A stretch of DNA of 63,435 nt from Candidatus Magasanikbacteria bacterium CG11_big_fil_rev_8_21_14_0_20_39_34 (GCA_002787355.1 PCWN01000008.1:4-63438), one strand, 5' to 3'; numbered from the stretch's first letter, positions 9,913-19,229 are shown. Notes: generated from the sequence alone by a model not told the origin. Program-made: numbers and translations.

Positions 9913-11994
9913 CTATTTTGTTTTTGTATCTTCACTTGCGGAAGCCTGTTGCGACTTCCATTCATTCACATCAGCACGAACTTTGTCCACTGCGGAGGCC
10001 TCAGTTGGACGAAGTTGTGGAACATTTTTGTCTATACTTTCCAAAACCTTCTCCAAATTTTCAAAGTCTTCTTCTTGTCTATACACCGAAGCCAATCTCA
10101 ATTGTCCTTCTACTACTTGTGGATCATCTTGAATACTTTTTTTCAAAGCATCAATGGCACCATCTATGTCTCCCAAACGTAAAAGTGTATAAGACAAAGA
10201 ATACAGAAGCTGTTGTCTTTCTGGAGAGTATGGGAGTACCCTTTCCAACATAACTTTTCCTTTTTCCAGCCATTGCTTATCCTGAGTTGCATCATAGAGT
10301 CGATCATAGATTTGATCATGCAAAGCATAGGATCGTACATCCATTGGATGAAGAATATGATTTTCATCAAGTCCCTTATCTGCAAGAAGCATAAGCTTCA
10401 CCGCTTCATCTTTTCTTCCGGCATTAAAATAATCAGATGACTTTGTCCAAAGTGTTTTTGCAAAGTCATGACGGATATCATCTATATGAGGACTGCGAAT
10501 TTCAATGGCTCTATTATAACTCTCAATTGGGTCTACACCGCTGTTTATGGATATTAAAGATTGTAAAGAAGCCATATTTGCACGTGCCGGAATAATATTG
10601 GTGAGATAAATTACAATGAAAGCAATTACTACAATAAGCCCGCAGGAAAATAAAGATGGAAATACAAATGTCTCTTTTTCCTCGTGCATCTTTGGATACA
10701 AAATACTATTGTAAAATGCCAAAAAGAAAAAGAAGTAAAGATACGAATTTGGATTTTCAAAAACAAAAAAGTTATGAACGAGGTGTCCCAAAAAGAAAGC
10801 TATACCTATTGCGGCAACATGTTTATCAATACTCTTTCTTCTATATGCGAAAAAAAGTGCCCAAAAAATAACCCCAAACATTCCCAAGTAACTCAATAAA
10901 CCAACGGTCCCCTGGGTTGTTAATGTATTTACCAAAACATTGTGCGCATTATCAAACCATGTCTCACTCCAGGAGAAACGGAGAAATTCCGCTTGGTAAT
11001 ATTGATTAAATGCATAAAAAAAGTTGTTCGGTCCCCAACCAAACACCGGGTAATCAAGATACCCTCTCAAACCGCTCTCCCATGCCATGATACGTGTTTT
11101 CGCAGTTCCCCCTGAGAGAGATATACTCGATAAACGATTTACCAAAGGAATACTTTTTACGAATGCTGTATTTTTGAAGAAAAAAATAGAACTTAAAAGT
11201 ACAACACCGGCAATAATTAAACCAATCGTTACTTTCCGTGTTTTGCTTCCTTTTTCGGAAGTAAATGCATAGAAGAATAACGCAAAAGCAATACCCGCAA
11301 GAAGGCCCAAAAATGTTCCTCTTGTTCCTCCCAAAAATATTGCTAACAAACCCAATAAAGTTCCAACCGCTGAATAGATTTTCCAATATCTATGTTCTTC
11401 CTTCCAAAATAAAAGCGCTCCTAGATATGTGGTAAAAAGACCCAATCCACTAAAATAGATTGCATTCCCTAATGTGGCAGAAACACGATAAGCCCCACGA
11501 TTATATAAAAAATCGGGATTCCCTTTTTGGAGCACGCCAATAAACGCTACCAACATCCCAACAAATAAAAATGATCTCAAAAGCCACTTCCAATCTTCTT
11601 CTTTCCTCAATACAGAAGTAAGTACATAATAATAGAAGATAAAGTGGAACAAGGTAAAGAGTCCCAACATGCGCTCATGACTGTCCCAAAAACTCTTGTA
11701 CGGGTCCACCCCCACAAACGTAGAAATCGTAAGACTCAACAAGAATACAAAAATTGATATATTTATAGGGGTCTTTACCAAAGAATACTTCTTTACACTC
11801 CCCAGAAGAAGAACAGAATATACGGATAAAAGTAAAACTGCAGCCGTTCGAATATACAAAATTTTGGGCACAATAAACGGAAATACAAATTTTTGTGCCA
11901 CGGGCCCACCAAAAAAGACAGGCATAAACAAACTCACTCCTACCAAGATCTTAAATAAAATTTCCAAAGTCTGCTGAAGATTGTTTTTTCTCAT
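9913..11994 (-). CDS. O-antigen ligase / oligosaccharyltransferase-like membrane protein (Wzy_C) with C-terminal TPR-like helices
   Basis: Many TM segments, ATLGNAIY, TRG, FGWGPNNF and DNAHN motifs, helical repeat C-terminus. Confidence 0.85.
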   Translation of the reverse strand: MRKNNLQQTLEILFKILVGVSLFMPVFFGGPVAQKFVFPFIVPKILYIRTAAVLLLSVYSVLLLGSVKKYSLVKTPINISIFVFLLSLTISTFVGVDPYKSFWDSHERMLGLFTLFHFIFYYYVLTSVLRKEEDWKWLLRSFLFVGMLVAFIGVLQKGNPDFLYNRGAYRVSATLGNAIYFSGLGLFTTYLGALLFWKEEHRYWKIYSAVGTLLGLLAIFLGGTRGTFLGLLAGIAFALFFYAFTSEKGSKTRKVTIGLIIAGVVLLSSIFFFKNTAFVKSIPLVNRLSSISLSGGTAKTRIMAWESGLRGYLDYPVFGWGPNNFFYAFNQYYQAEFLRFSWSETWFDNAHNVLVNTLTTQGTVGLLSYLGMFGVIFWALFFAYRRKSIDKHVAAIGIAFFLGHLVHNFFVFENPNSYLYFFFFLAFYNSILYPKMHEEKETFVFPSLFSCGLIVVIAFIVIYLTNIIPARANMASLQSLISINSGVDPIESYNRAIEIRSPHIDDIRHDFAKTLWTKSSDYFNAGRKDEAVKLMLLADKGLDENHILHPMDVRSYALHDQIYDRLYDATQDKQWLEKGKVMLERVLPYSPERQQLLYSLSYTLLRLGDIDGAIDALKKSIQDDPQVVEGQLRLASVYRQEEDFENLEKVLESIDKNVPQLRPTEASAVDKVRADVNEWKSQQASASEDTKTK

Positions 11995-12134
11995 AGATTA
12001 GATAAAATGTAAACACAAGTATTCTACCTTATTTGTCCTTGAAATTCAAGAAATGGGTCCTCTTATTCTTAAATAACAAATATTTTGCTAAATTAAGGCA
12101 AAAAACACTGTATATAATCCCCAGGTTTGCATAC

Positions 12135-12163
12135 TTGACAAATTATTCCCTTTGCCTTATAAT
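12135..12163 (+). promoter_or_regulatory. Sigma70 promoter of rpmG
   Basis: TTGACA (12135-12140), 17-bp spacer, TATAAT (12158-12163). Confidence 0.85.
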
Positions 12164-12187
12164 AGTCTCACTTTATAACAAAAATCT

Positions 12188-12361
12188 ATGTCACAAGATA
12201 ATCTTATCAAACTTGAATCAGAAGGTGTAGAAGAAACCGGTCTTGGAAAGGGTCATATCCGTTACAGTAAAAAGAACAAAAAGACTCTCAAAGAAAGACT
12301 TCGTATCAAGAAACACAATCCTATTGCCAAAAAACACACCTGGTACAAGGAAACAAAATAA
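12188..12361 (+). CDS. rpmG: 50S ribosomal protein L33 (57 aa, no Cys)
   Basis: Below the ORF-track cutoff. MSQDNLIKLESEG...HIRYSKKNKKTLKERLRIKKHNPIAKKHTWYKETK. Confidence 0.92.
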   Translation: MSQDNLIKLESEGVEETGLGKGHIRYSKKNKKTLKERLRIKKHNPIAKKHTWYKETK

Positions 12362-12369
12362 TATATAAT

Positions 12370-12399
12370 ACATGAGCACAATACTGCTCATGTTTTATT
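12370..12399 (+). terminator. Intrinsic terminator after rpmG
   Basis: ACATGAGCA-caatac-TGCTCATGT followed by TTTATT. Confidence 0.75.
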
Positions 12400-12462
12400 G
12401 TACCAGAAAAAAACCTCCGTTTTGGGCGGTTTTTCCCTCCCTATTTATTTATACGTATTTTT

Positions 12463-13272
12463 ATGAAATTTTTTTTCAAATCCTTATACCTCAGTATTAC
12501 CCATTTTGAATGGATGAAAGATAATAGAAAAGACTTCAAAAATGCTCTCGGGTATTTTTTTATTTTTCTCCTTATTGTTTCCGCTCTTACCCTTGCACGG
12601 ATAACATGGGTACTCCCTGAAGTCCTTCAAGAAGCTCAAACTACGCTTACAGAAAAGTTCCCAGACTTTACTGCCAAAATTCATGATGGAAAACTCTCCA
12701 CGGAAAATATTCAGGAACCTTTTATCTTTACACTCCATGAAGAAGGTGGAGACTTCAAAATCGTGATCAATTCACAATCTGAAAATACCCGTATAGATGA
12801 AGTCATTGATACATCCAAGGAAAGTGGTATTCTTTTTACCAAAACCACCCTCTCCGTGCATGATCACACCAATATGCAAACAAAAACACAGAGCCTCACT
12901 ACTTTCCCAAATATGGAATTCTCAAAGTCCGCTCTGTCACAAAAAATCAAAAAGCTTCAGGAACCAACCCGTGTAATTGGTATTACTCTTCTGACGATAC
13001 TCCTTTACTTTGTGTTTTTATGCATTGGAAAACTTGCCTATATTGCCCTTATGTCCATACCTATTTATATTGCCACACAGGTTATGAAAAAGAAATGGAA
13101 ATACTCCCACATTTTTACGGTAGGATTATTTGCCATTACCATTCCAACCATTATCCAGCATGTTCTTATTGCCATTAACTTTCCTATTCCCTTTATCTAC
13201 ACCATAGCCTTCCTTGCCTATATACTCTTCCCTATTTTTTACCTCCCAGATGAAGTTCATCACGAAACTTGA
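12463..13272 (+). CDS. Membrane protein, DUF1189-like
   Basis: One N-terminal TM, a soluble loop, then three TMs with a YSHIFTVGLFAITIP pattern. Confidence 0.6.
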   Translation: MKFFFKSLYLSITHFEWMKDNRKDFKNALGYFFIFLLIVSALTLARITWVLPEVLQEAQTTLTEKFPDFTAKIHDGKLSTENIQEPFIFTLHEEGGDFKIVINSQSENTRIDEVIDTSKESGILFTKTTLSVHDHTNMQTKTQSLTTFPNMEFSKSALSQKIKKLQEPTRVIGITLLTILLYFVFLCIGKLAYIALMSIPIYIATQVMKKKWKYSHIFTVGLFAITIPTIIQHVLIAINFPIPFIYTIAFLAYILFPIFYLPDEVHHET

Positions 13273-13309
13273 TTCTTCCATCCTTTTCTGGTAGTATCTA
13301 TTACCATAT

Positions 13310-13383
13310 GGGCGAGTCGTATAATGGTAGTACATTGGTCTCCAAAACCAATTGCGTGGGTTCGATTCCTACCTCGCCTGCCA
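13310..13383 (+). tRNA. trnW: tRNA-Trp (anticodon CCA)
   Basis: Acceptor GGGCGAG/CTCGCCT, anticodon arm TTGGT-CTCCAAA-ACCAA, T-loop GTTCGATTC, CCA end. Upstream TTGATT-17-TAGTAT. Confidence 0.95.
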
Positions 13384-14973
13384 ACGTGTAATCACAGAGT
13401 CTAAAAGCTCTGTTTTTGCTTTATTTAAGCCATTTTTGTTTGGTTCTAACGCAAGATATTCGGCTTCCAGGGGTTTATACCCTTTTTTAATTGGATCAAA
13501 GTAACTATGTGGAGAATAAGCCAATTTTTGATCCTCTAGCAAAAAGTTCGAACCTAAACCACTCAATACTGCTTTTTTCTCTTCCAGAGTTCCATTTTCG
13601 AAATTCCCTTTTGCAAATCTTGCAAACTGAAATGCTTTCTCAGTAAGCTCCAACCAATCCTCGGCTCGCTGTTCTGTCTCTTGTACCTTTTCTTGTAAAT
13701 CTTTTATCTTTGCTTTAAGTTCGGTACTTTCTTTGATAAACATCTCGTCGTCTATCAATTCCCGATACCGCATCTTTGTCAGATTGTCGAGCTCCTTTTG
13801 AGTCTTTTCGAGTGAGCTGTGTTGCATTTCATAGATCTTCGTTCGGTCTACAATCTCTTGATCATTCTCTTGATTAAGTGCCTCCATCGCCCAATCAAAA
13901 AACTCTGGAAGGATCGTTAGTTTATCAATTTCATCCAAAATCATACCTTCTAAGGATGGCTCATCGATGGACCGACGCTGGGTACACTCGACGTCTCTTT
14001 TCCTTCTGGTGCAATGGTAGTACGTGTAGTACCTTAGTTCCTGACTTGCTTTAATAAACTTTTTTTTCTTTTCTGCAGTAATGCGACAACCACATTCCCC
14101 ACAGTTAATCATACCTGTAAAAGGAAAAACATAACTCTTTGGCCTCGGTTTTCCTTTCCTACCTAATATAACCTGTACCTGATCAAACTCTTCGAGTGTT
14201 ATCATTTTCTTATGTTTGCCGACGTATTCCTTCCCGTCGTATTCAAATACCCCTGTGTAAAAGAGATTTGTAAACACACGATAAAGTCCACTCATAGAAA
14301 GTGGCTTTCCACCCAATCGTTTTCGCTTTTTTGTTCGGAAGCCCCACTCGTCATTTAGCTTGGTGAGTATTTGAGGAACAGTATAATTTCCCGTAAGCAT
14401 GTAATCCCACGCCTTTCGGATGAGATCGAAGCGCTCAGGGTCTGGTATGAGCGTATGGTTTTCAAGTTCATTCAGATATCCTGTCGGCGCAAGACCAGGT
14501 TTCCACCCATTCTTTACCTTAAACAAGTTTCCTCGTTTTACATTCTTGCTTAGATCAAGGATAAACTGGTTTGCCATCCCACTTTCTACATTGAACAAAA
14601 GTACATTATCTTCTGGTCGATATTCACGATCTATCGTTTGAATTGATTTCAGAACCTTCTGCTGGAGCAACCACTGGATTTGTGCGCTATCAATCGGATT
14701 TCGTGATAGTCGGTTGATCTGCCAACAAAGAATGCCGTCAGCCTCACCAGCCTCGAGCCGTTCCATCATGCTAGTAAATACTGGTCGATTACTAGGTTTC
14801 TTGGCAGACTTGGCTTCTGTTAACACCTCCTTGATTGTAATACCGATGTTTTGTGCAAGCTCTTTGAGTCTATCAACTTGATCATCTATTGATTGCACTT
14901 GTCGATCCTCACTTTCAGACGATTTTCTCGCATAGAGAAAGTATGTGTAATTTTTGTTGTCATGGTAATTCAT
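13369..14973 (-). CDS. Large serine recombinase (catalytic, recombinase, zinc-ribbon and coiled-coil domains); stop codon inside tRNA-Trp
   Basis: YARKSSE catalytic Ser, INRLSRN, CGECG...YYHC...C zinc ribbon. Start placed at ATG 14973, just before the catalytic motif. Confidence 0.95.
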   Translation of the reverse strand: MNYHDNKNYTYFLYARKSSESEDRQVQSIDDQVDRLKELAQNIGITIKEVLTEAKSAKKPSNRPVFTSMMERLEAGEADGILCWQINRLSRNPIDSAQIQWLLQQKVLKSIQTIDREYRPEDNVLLFNVESGMANQFILDLSKNVKRGNLFKVKNGWKPGLAPTGYLNELENHTLIPDPERFDLIRKAWDYMLTGNYTVPQILTKLNDEWGFRTKKRKRLGGKPLSMSGLYRVFTNLFYTGVFEYDGKEYVGKHKKMITLEEFDQVQVILGRKGKPRPKSYVFPFTGMINCGECGCRITAEKKKKFIKASQELRYYTYYHCTRRKRDVECTQRRSIDEPSLEGMILDEIDKLTILPEFFDWAMEALNQENDQEIVDRTKIYEMQHSSLEKTQKELDNLTKMRYRELIDDEMFIKESTELKAKIKDLQEKVQETEQRAEDWLELTEKAFQFARFAKGNFENGTLEEKKAVLSGLGSNFLLEDQKLAYSPHSYFDPIKKGYKPLEAEYLALEPNKNGLNKAKTELLDSVITRWQAR

Positions 14974-14983
14974 ATTTTTTGAT

Positions 14984-15101
14984 ACAAAAAGGGACAGCCC
15001 CCGCTTACCCAACTCGTATGCCAAGAAGACATATTTGCTGGAAGGGCTGCCCTTCTTTGATCAAATAAAAATCTTCTTGGCTTTTTATGAATTGGGTAAG
15101 C
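14984..15101 (-). promoter_or_regulatory. Structured leader upstream of the recombinase
   Basis: Nested inverted repeats GCTTACCCAA/TTGGGTAAGC, GCCAAGAAGA/TCTTCTTGGC and TATTTG/CAAATA. Loop sequence is complementary to GGGCTGTCCCTTTTTG next to the start codon. Confidence 0.6.
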
Positions 15102-15113
15102 AACTAAAGTATA

Positions 15114-15737
15114 TCACGAGTGTAGCTTCTTTTCCATATCCATAGTCATCGCATCAAAGTCTATTTCAAGACATCTTTTTCTCAGCTCTATGAGCTTTTT
15201 GTACTTCTTGGTAGGCCGACCGTCATAGTATGGAGTAACAACTACTTCTTCAAGCTCTTCGATTTTTCTCTCCATTCGAAAAGCCTGTCCGAGACCAAAC
15301 AGGAAGTGCCGTCGGTTCTCATTTTTACTCGCATATGTCAGTTCATAACAATGCCGGCACGCAAATCGATCCCCACCTTTGTAGAGAACCCCAACACGCC
15401 GACCGCAGTATTTTCCATTTTTATACCACGGACAAATAAACCAGTACCGAGATCCTCCGTAATAACATTTCGTTGTCACAAGTAGTATCTTGTAATCGAA
15501 ATGCTCCTTACTTCCATTGTCAATATAGGTTTGTGTGTAATAGATCCTCAGAAACTTTTTTCCTCCAGAGAGAATACTTTGTACACCAACGGTACTCTCT
15601 CTTCCATCAAATTTGTTTCTCCAGACGATCGTTCCAATTCGAGACGTTTCGAGGTACTTCCATTTTTTGAGTGAACAGACGTCAAGTTTTTTGAGGTAGT
15701 CGGCCTCTTTTTTTTTATTCCAGTTATATCGCCACAT
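15114..15737 (-). CDS. Mobile-element protein with a Cys4 zinc finger
   Basis: RYWFICP...CGRRVGVLY...FACRHCYELTY; basic protein. Confidence 0.7.
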   Translation of the reverse strand: MWRYNWNKKKEADYLKKLDVCSLKKWKYLETSRIGTIVWRNKFDGRESTVGVQSILSGGKKFLRIYYTQTYIDNGSKEHFDYKILLVTTKCYYGGSRYWFICPWYKNGKYCGRRVGVLYKGGDRFACRHCYELTYASKNENRRHFLFGLGQAFRMERKIEELEEVVVTPYYDGRPTKKYKKLIELRKRCLEIDFDAMTMDMEKKLHS

Positions 15738-15816
15738 AATTTGCCGAAATCATTAAGGAATATCGTTTTTTCTATATATAGATTTACCTGCTTTCAGCCT
15801 GTATTTGCAGGACAAT

Positions 15817-16077
15817 CTATCTGATATCCAACAGGTCAGACAAGGACGACTTTGAATGTTCTTTGTCGTATTCTTCCCAGTCCTTATCCTCTTTCGTTAC
15901 AGCTCTAGCGATATCAATGAACAGACAGTCAAATGCAGTAGCAACGGCCTCATCGTCGATAAGGGTGACAGGTATTCTTTTTAATTCAGCATCAGTCAGC
16001 TCTCTCCCTAAGTTCGCCTCCGCAAGGCTTTGGATCAGGAGAACGTCAATAGTTAACACGAGATTTACGTTAGTCAT
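15817..16077 (-). CDS. Small hypothetical protein
   Basis: ORF co-oriented with the island operon; LGRELTDAEL motif. Confidence 0.55.
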   Translation of the reverse strand: MTNVNLVLTIDVLLIQSLAEANLGRELTDAELKRIPVTLIDDEAVATAFDCLFIDIARAVTKEDKDWEEYDKEHSKSSLSDLLDIR

Positions 16078-16094
16078 ATGTTATTTGGTTAATT

Positions 16095-16175
16095 GATATA
16101 GTACTTATATAGTACTGTTACTATAGTACTAATGTAGAACTATATAGTTCTTACTATGAAGTGCTAATACTATAT
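16095..16175. repeat. Cluster of short direct repeats and palindromes
   Basis: TATAGTACT at 16097, 16108 and 16122; perfect palindrome AGAACTATATAGTTCT at 16136-16151. Confidence 0.7.
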
Positions 16176-16177
16176 GG

Positions 16178-16516
16178 TTAGAATTCAATATCATCTATTT
16201 GATTGTTTGTTTGCGTGTTCATTTCGTGCATGAGATGATCATCAAACTCAGCGTAGAAAGCGTCCAATGCCGCCCTTTCTATTTTTGCCCAGTCTTCCTT
16301 ATTTGGCACGTAGAATATGTGTAACCACTTTGCTCCACCCACATTTTTTGAAGGTGGATATAGTGTGTGACGTACACTCCCATTCGGGTATTTACTTTTT
16401 CTTACAGTAAAACCTCGAACCTCGAACTGACCAATCAGTAGCGTCATCGAAGCGGGAAAATCGATATCATCTCTGAACTTGAATTTGAACTTCATGTCTG
16501 CGGTAGTAATAGTCAT
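16178..16516 (-). CDS. SpoVG-like / PC4-like nucleic-acid-binding protein
   Basis: ASMTLLIGQFEVRGFTVRKS...LYPPSK...W..IF...W.KIE pattern with an acidic tail (IDDIEF). Confidence 0.55.
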   Translation of the reverse strand: MTITTADMKFKFKFRDDIDFPASMTLLIGQFEVRGFTVRKSKYPNGSVRHTLYPPSKNVGGAKWLHIFYVPNKEDWAKIERAALDAFYAEFDDHLMHEMNTQTNNQIDDIEF

Positions 16517-16598
16517 ATTTTTTCTGATTTCGTGGCAAGATTTGGGGTAGAGGGAAAGATGTCCGCATACTACCCCAAAAACCTCACACACGCTGTTT

Positions 16599-16832
16599 TT
16601 AGGCCGATTTCGTGCGTTCCTCAGGGTAGTTTGAGATGTGGTCGAGAAAGTCGACTATCTGTTTTTTATCACCCTTAATGTAATCACGCTTATCAACCAA
16701 TTTGTTGAACCAAAATAGGATCGTACGACGTTGGAAGTATTGACCAGCAATGGCCTCTGCGAAGCACATATACGTACTCAATCCGTAATGTCGTCGGACG
16801 ATCTTTTTAAACCTTCTTTCTATAGATTTCAT
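16599..16832 (-). CDS. Small hypothetical protein
   Basis: ORF in the island operon (MKSIERRF...WFNKLVDKRDY). Confidence 0.65.
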   Translation of the reverse strand: MKSIERRFKKIVRRHYGLSTYMCFAEAIAGQYFQRRTILFWFNKLVDKRDYIKGDKKQIVDFLDHISNYPEERTKSA

Positions 16833-16854
16833 AATAGTAATAGTTATTGAATGA

Positions 16855-17007
16855 TTATTTTTGCTCTCTTTCGAGCGGTCGATAGATCACCTTCATCATT
16901 TCTAGGAGGGCAGACCCTTGGAGGGTCGCCTCTTCCTTTGAAATATCCTTGCCATATCGTTTTTGATACAGCTCTTGAAATCGCTCAACCAATTCTTCGG
17001 AAAGCAT
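16855..17007 (-). CDS. 50-aa helical protein not in the ORF track
   Basis: MLSEELVERFQELYQKRYGKDISKEEATLQGSALLEMMKVIYRPLEREQK*; starts 2 bp after the upstream stop. Confidence 0.7.
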   Translation of the reverse strand: MLSEELVERFQELYQKRYGKDISKEEATLQGSALLEMMKVIYRPLEREQK

Positions 17008-17009
17008 AC

Positions 17010-17285
17010 CTAGCGATGGGAATATAGTTGGTTTTTGATATTCTTGAGCGCATTGAAGTACCCAAGAGCATCAACTTGTAATTCCCCACGCCAATACTGT
17101 TGAGCAGACTCAACGATCTCGTCACTGTTCTCAAAGAAAAACAGGGCTTTATCTCCTTTTGTCCTGTCTATATGCAGAAGCTGATACCCCAGACTCACCA
17201 AACCAGCGCACATACCGATGTCGTAGCTTGAAAATGGATTTGGGTAATCATCAAGAATGGGAACGTATGATTGTTCTTTTGTCAT
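17010..17285 (-). CDS. DUF5659-like protein
   Basis: F.SYDIG.CA.L.SLGY.L..ID...KALF.F...YW.GEL.VDA..YFNALK.IK.QLY pattern. Confidence 0.65.
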   Translation of the reverse strand: MTKEQSYVPILDDYPNPFSSYDIGMCAGLVSLGYQLLHIDRTKGDKALFFFENSDEIVESAQQYWRGELQVDALGYFNALKNIKNQLYSHR

Positions 17286-17338
17286 ATTCACGTAATTTTA
17301 GAAATAATTACGCTTTCCCCTTGATGCGCGCGCAAACA

Positions 17339-17365
17339 AAAAGTAAGCATGGGTAGCTTACTTTT
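17339..17365 (-). terminator. Hairpin, probable terminator of the 572-aa gene
   Basis: AAAAGTAAGC-atgggta-GCTTACTTTT with a T-run on the minus strand. Confidence 0.55.
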
Positions 17366-17443
17366 AAAATGTGGTATTTCTAATATGCTTTGATTAGGCG
17401 GTTTTCTTAATGTTTTTATCTAAATTTAGGTATACTATTTCGC

Positions 17444-19162
17444 CTATGTTGAAAACCCTATCCAAGTGATATCAAATTGTTCCGTGTTTAAGTAATAGCC
17501 CCCCCTACCGTTCTTGATCAAATCAATATCTGTACCAAGTATGTTCTTAACATGGGTATTTATACCTATATTACCCTTTTTATTACTTTGTATTGCGGCA
17601 TAGATTGATTTACTCAAATCATTATCCACAGTGCCTTTGTATCCAACTTGTCTAGCTAATCTTACTGCTGTTATTGAAGTAGCATCTTTCAACAGATTTA
17701 TAATATCTAATCGTCTATTTTTTGCTTGGTACAACTTAGATGGATCATTCTTTAAGTAAATGCCTTTTTGTTTATCTACCACGAGCTCTGTCTTTGCTTG
17801 CTCAGGTGAAGATTTCTTTACTTCGTTGAGATTCAAATCTATGGGTTTCTCCTGAGCACTATTTTTAAATTCGTGAGTGTGGGCATGCTCATGCTTGACC
17901 ACCTCCTGTTTTGGTTTGGTAAATTGGTTAAACCTTTCTCTATCCGCATCAGCATCTTTTTCAAATTGATGTAACCTTTCTTTTCTCAACTTATCACACC
18001 TACGTGTTATATCTCTAGTCTTGTCCAAAAAAATGACAAGCTGAGGATCTAGCGAAAATTCTTTTCGCCCAAACTTCATCCACAGCTTTTCTAAAAGACC
18101 ATATGCTGTTAGCAGACTATTTTTAACACCAAATTCTCCCCACCACATATCCATATCGTCCAAAGATCCTAAAATGGTGTCTGGCATCCACTCGGGGAGA
18201 TTTTCTTTGATTTCTTGAAGAAATTGACGTTCTAAAATTTCATCAAGATACATTTTTAACTGTATGTATTGAGTGTTTAAATCATAGTCACAGATTAAAA
18301 TGTAGTTGCCACAGACCGTACTTAATAATTCCACCAGCTGAGATAGTACAATTCTACAAAAGTAAATTGCTTGTTCGTCAGTCAACTTATCGATATCCAC
18401 CATCTCACTTTCTCTATTAACACAAATCGCAATTTTTGATAAAAGATTATCTTCCAAACTAAAAACAATCCCATCAGATCCTACCCATTTTTGTTCTTTT
18501 TTTTCGGTGCTCGGAACCTTAGCAAAAATACTATCACCCACAATCTTTACATCATCATATTTTAAATACTTTTCGTATTTTGTCATCACCTCTGATGCTT
18601 TTTCTTCATCCCCAACAAAGACTAAAGGATGTAATACTTTTTCAAGTATTTTCAAAAACATTGAAATCTCTTCTGGTTTTTTAGATGTTGAATAGTATGA
18701 AAGTACATAAAATACCACCACCCACTTTGTCGTATGCGTAAACATGCTTTCGGGTACGCCTAGTCTCGTAAATATTTGAATAATTTTATTCAACGAAAAT
18801 CGACTTCCAATTTCCTTTGCTATTAGTTCTAAAGCATCTAAATTAACAATTCCATCAACACCTAGAATTCGTTTTTTAAGTAACAAAATTCTGTCCGCCT
18901 CTATATAAAACTCAATAAGTCTATTTCCTATTTCACGATGTGTTTGCTTTTTCATTTCCTCCCAGTCGTAAACCACAACCTCAAGATCTATCAAGATTTG
19001 AATCAAATCATCGTTTCGTTCGTCAGTTGTAACAGTATAAGCATGCCCCGCCTGTACATCACCGACTATTCGCAACGCTTTTTCAAATAATTCTTTATGC
19101 TGAATTAATTGATCAGTTGTTTTGATGTGACTATATAAGTTACTTCTCCTAGAAATAGCCAT
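17444..19162 (-). CDS. Hypothetical protein with an AbiJ-NTD-like segment and a C-terminal winged-helix-like region
   Basis: FLKILEKVLHPLVF..DEEKA....KYLKYD resembles AbiJ N-terminal domains; C-terminal DLIKNGRGGYYLN wing. Family call is inference. Confidence 0.5.
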   Translation of the reverse strand: MAISRRSNLYSHIKTTDQLIQHKELFEKALRIVGDVQAGHAYTVTTDERNDDLIQILIDLEVVVYDWEEMKKQTHREIGNRLIEFYIEADRILLLKKRILGVDGIVNLDALELIAKEIGSRFSLNKIIQIFTRLGVPESMFTHTTKWVVVFYVLSYYSTSKKPEEISMFLKILEKVLHPLVFVGDEEKASEVMTKYEKYLKYDDVKIVGDSIFAKVPSTEKKEQKWVGSDGIVFSLEDNLLSKIAICVNRESEMVDIDKLTDEQAIYFCRIVLSQLVELLSTVCGNYILICDYDLNTQYIQLKMYLDEILERQFLQEIKENLPEWMPDTILGSLDDMDMWWGEFGVKNSLLTAYGLLEKLWMKFGRKEFSLDPQLVIFLDKTRDITRRCDKLRKERLHQFEKDADADRERFNQFTKPKQEVVKHEHAHTHEFKNSAQEKPIDLNLNEVKKSSPEQAKTELVVDKQKGIYLKNDPSKLYQAKNRRLDIINLLKDATSITAVRLARQVGYKGTVDNDLSKSIYAAIQSNKKGNIGINTHVKNILGTDIDLIKNGRGGYYLNTEQFDITWIGFST

Positions 19163-19229
19163 ATTTTGTCGTAATATTCATTTTAATGTATACTTATGTT
19201 AACTTATATAAACTCTTAGATCAAGAGCT

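Noticed and set aside
14974-15024. ORF-track N-terminal extension of the recombinase (MAYELGKR...)
   Set aside because: It lies in the structured leader; ATG 14973 sits just before the catalytic YARKS motif.
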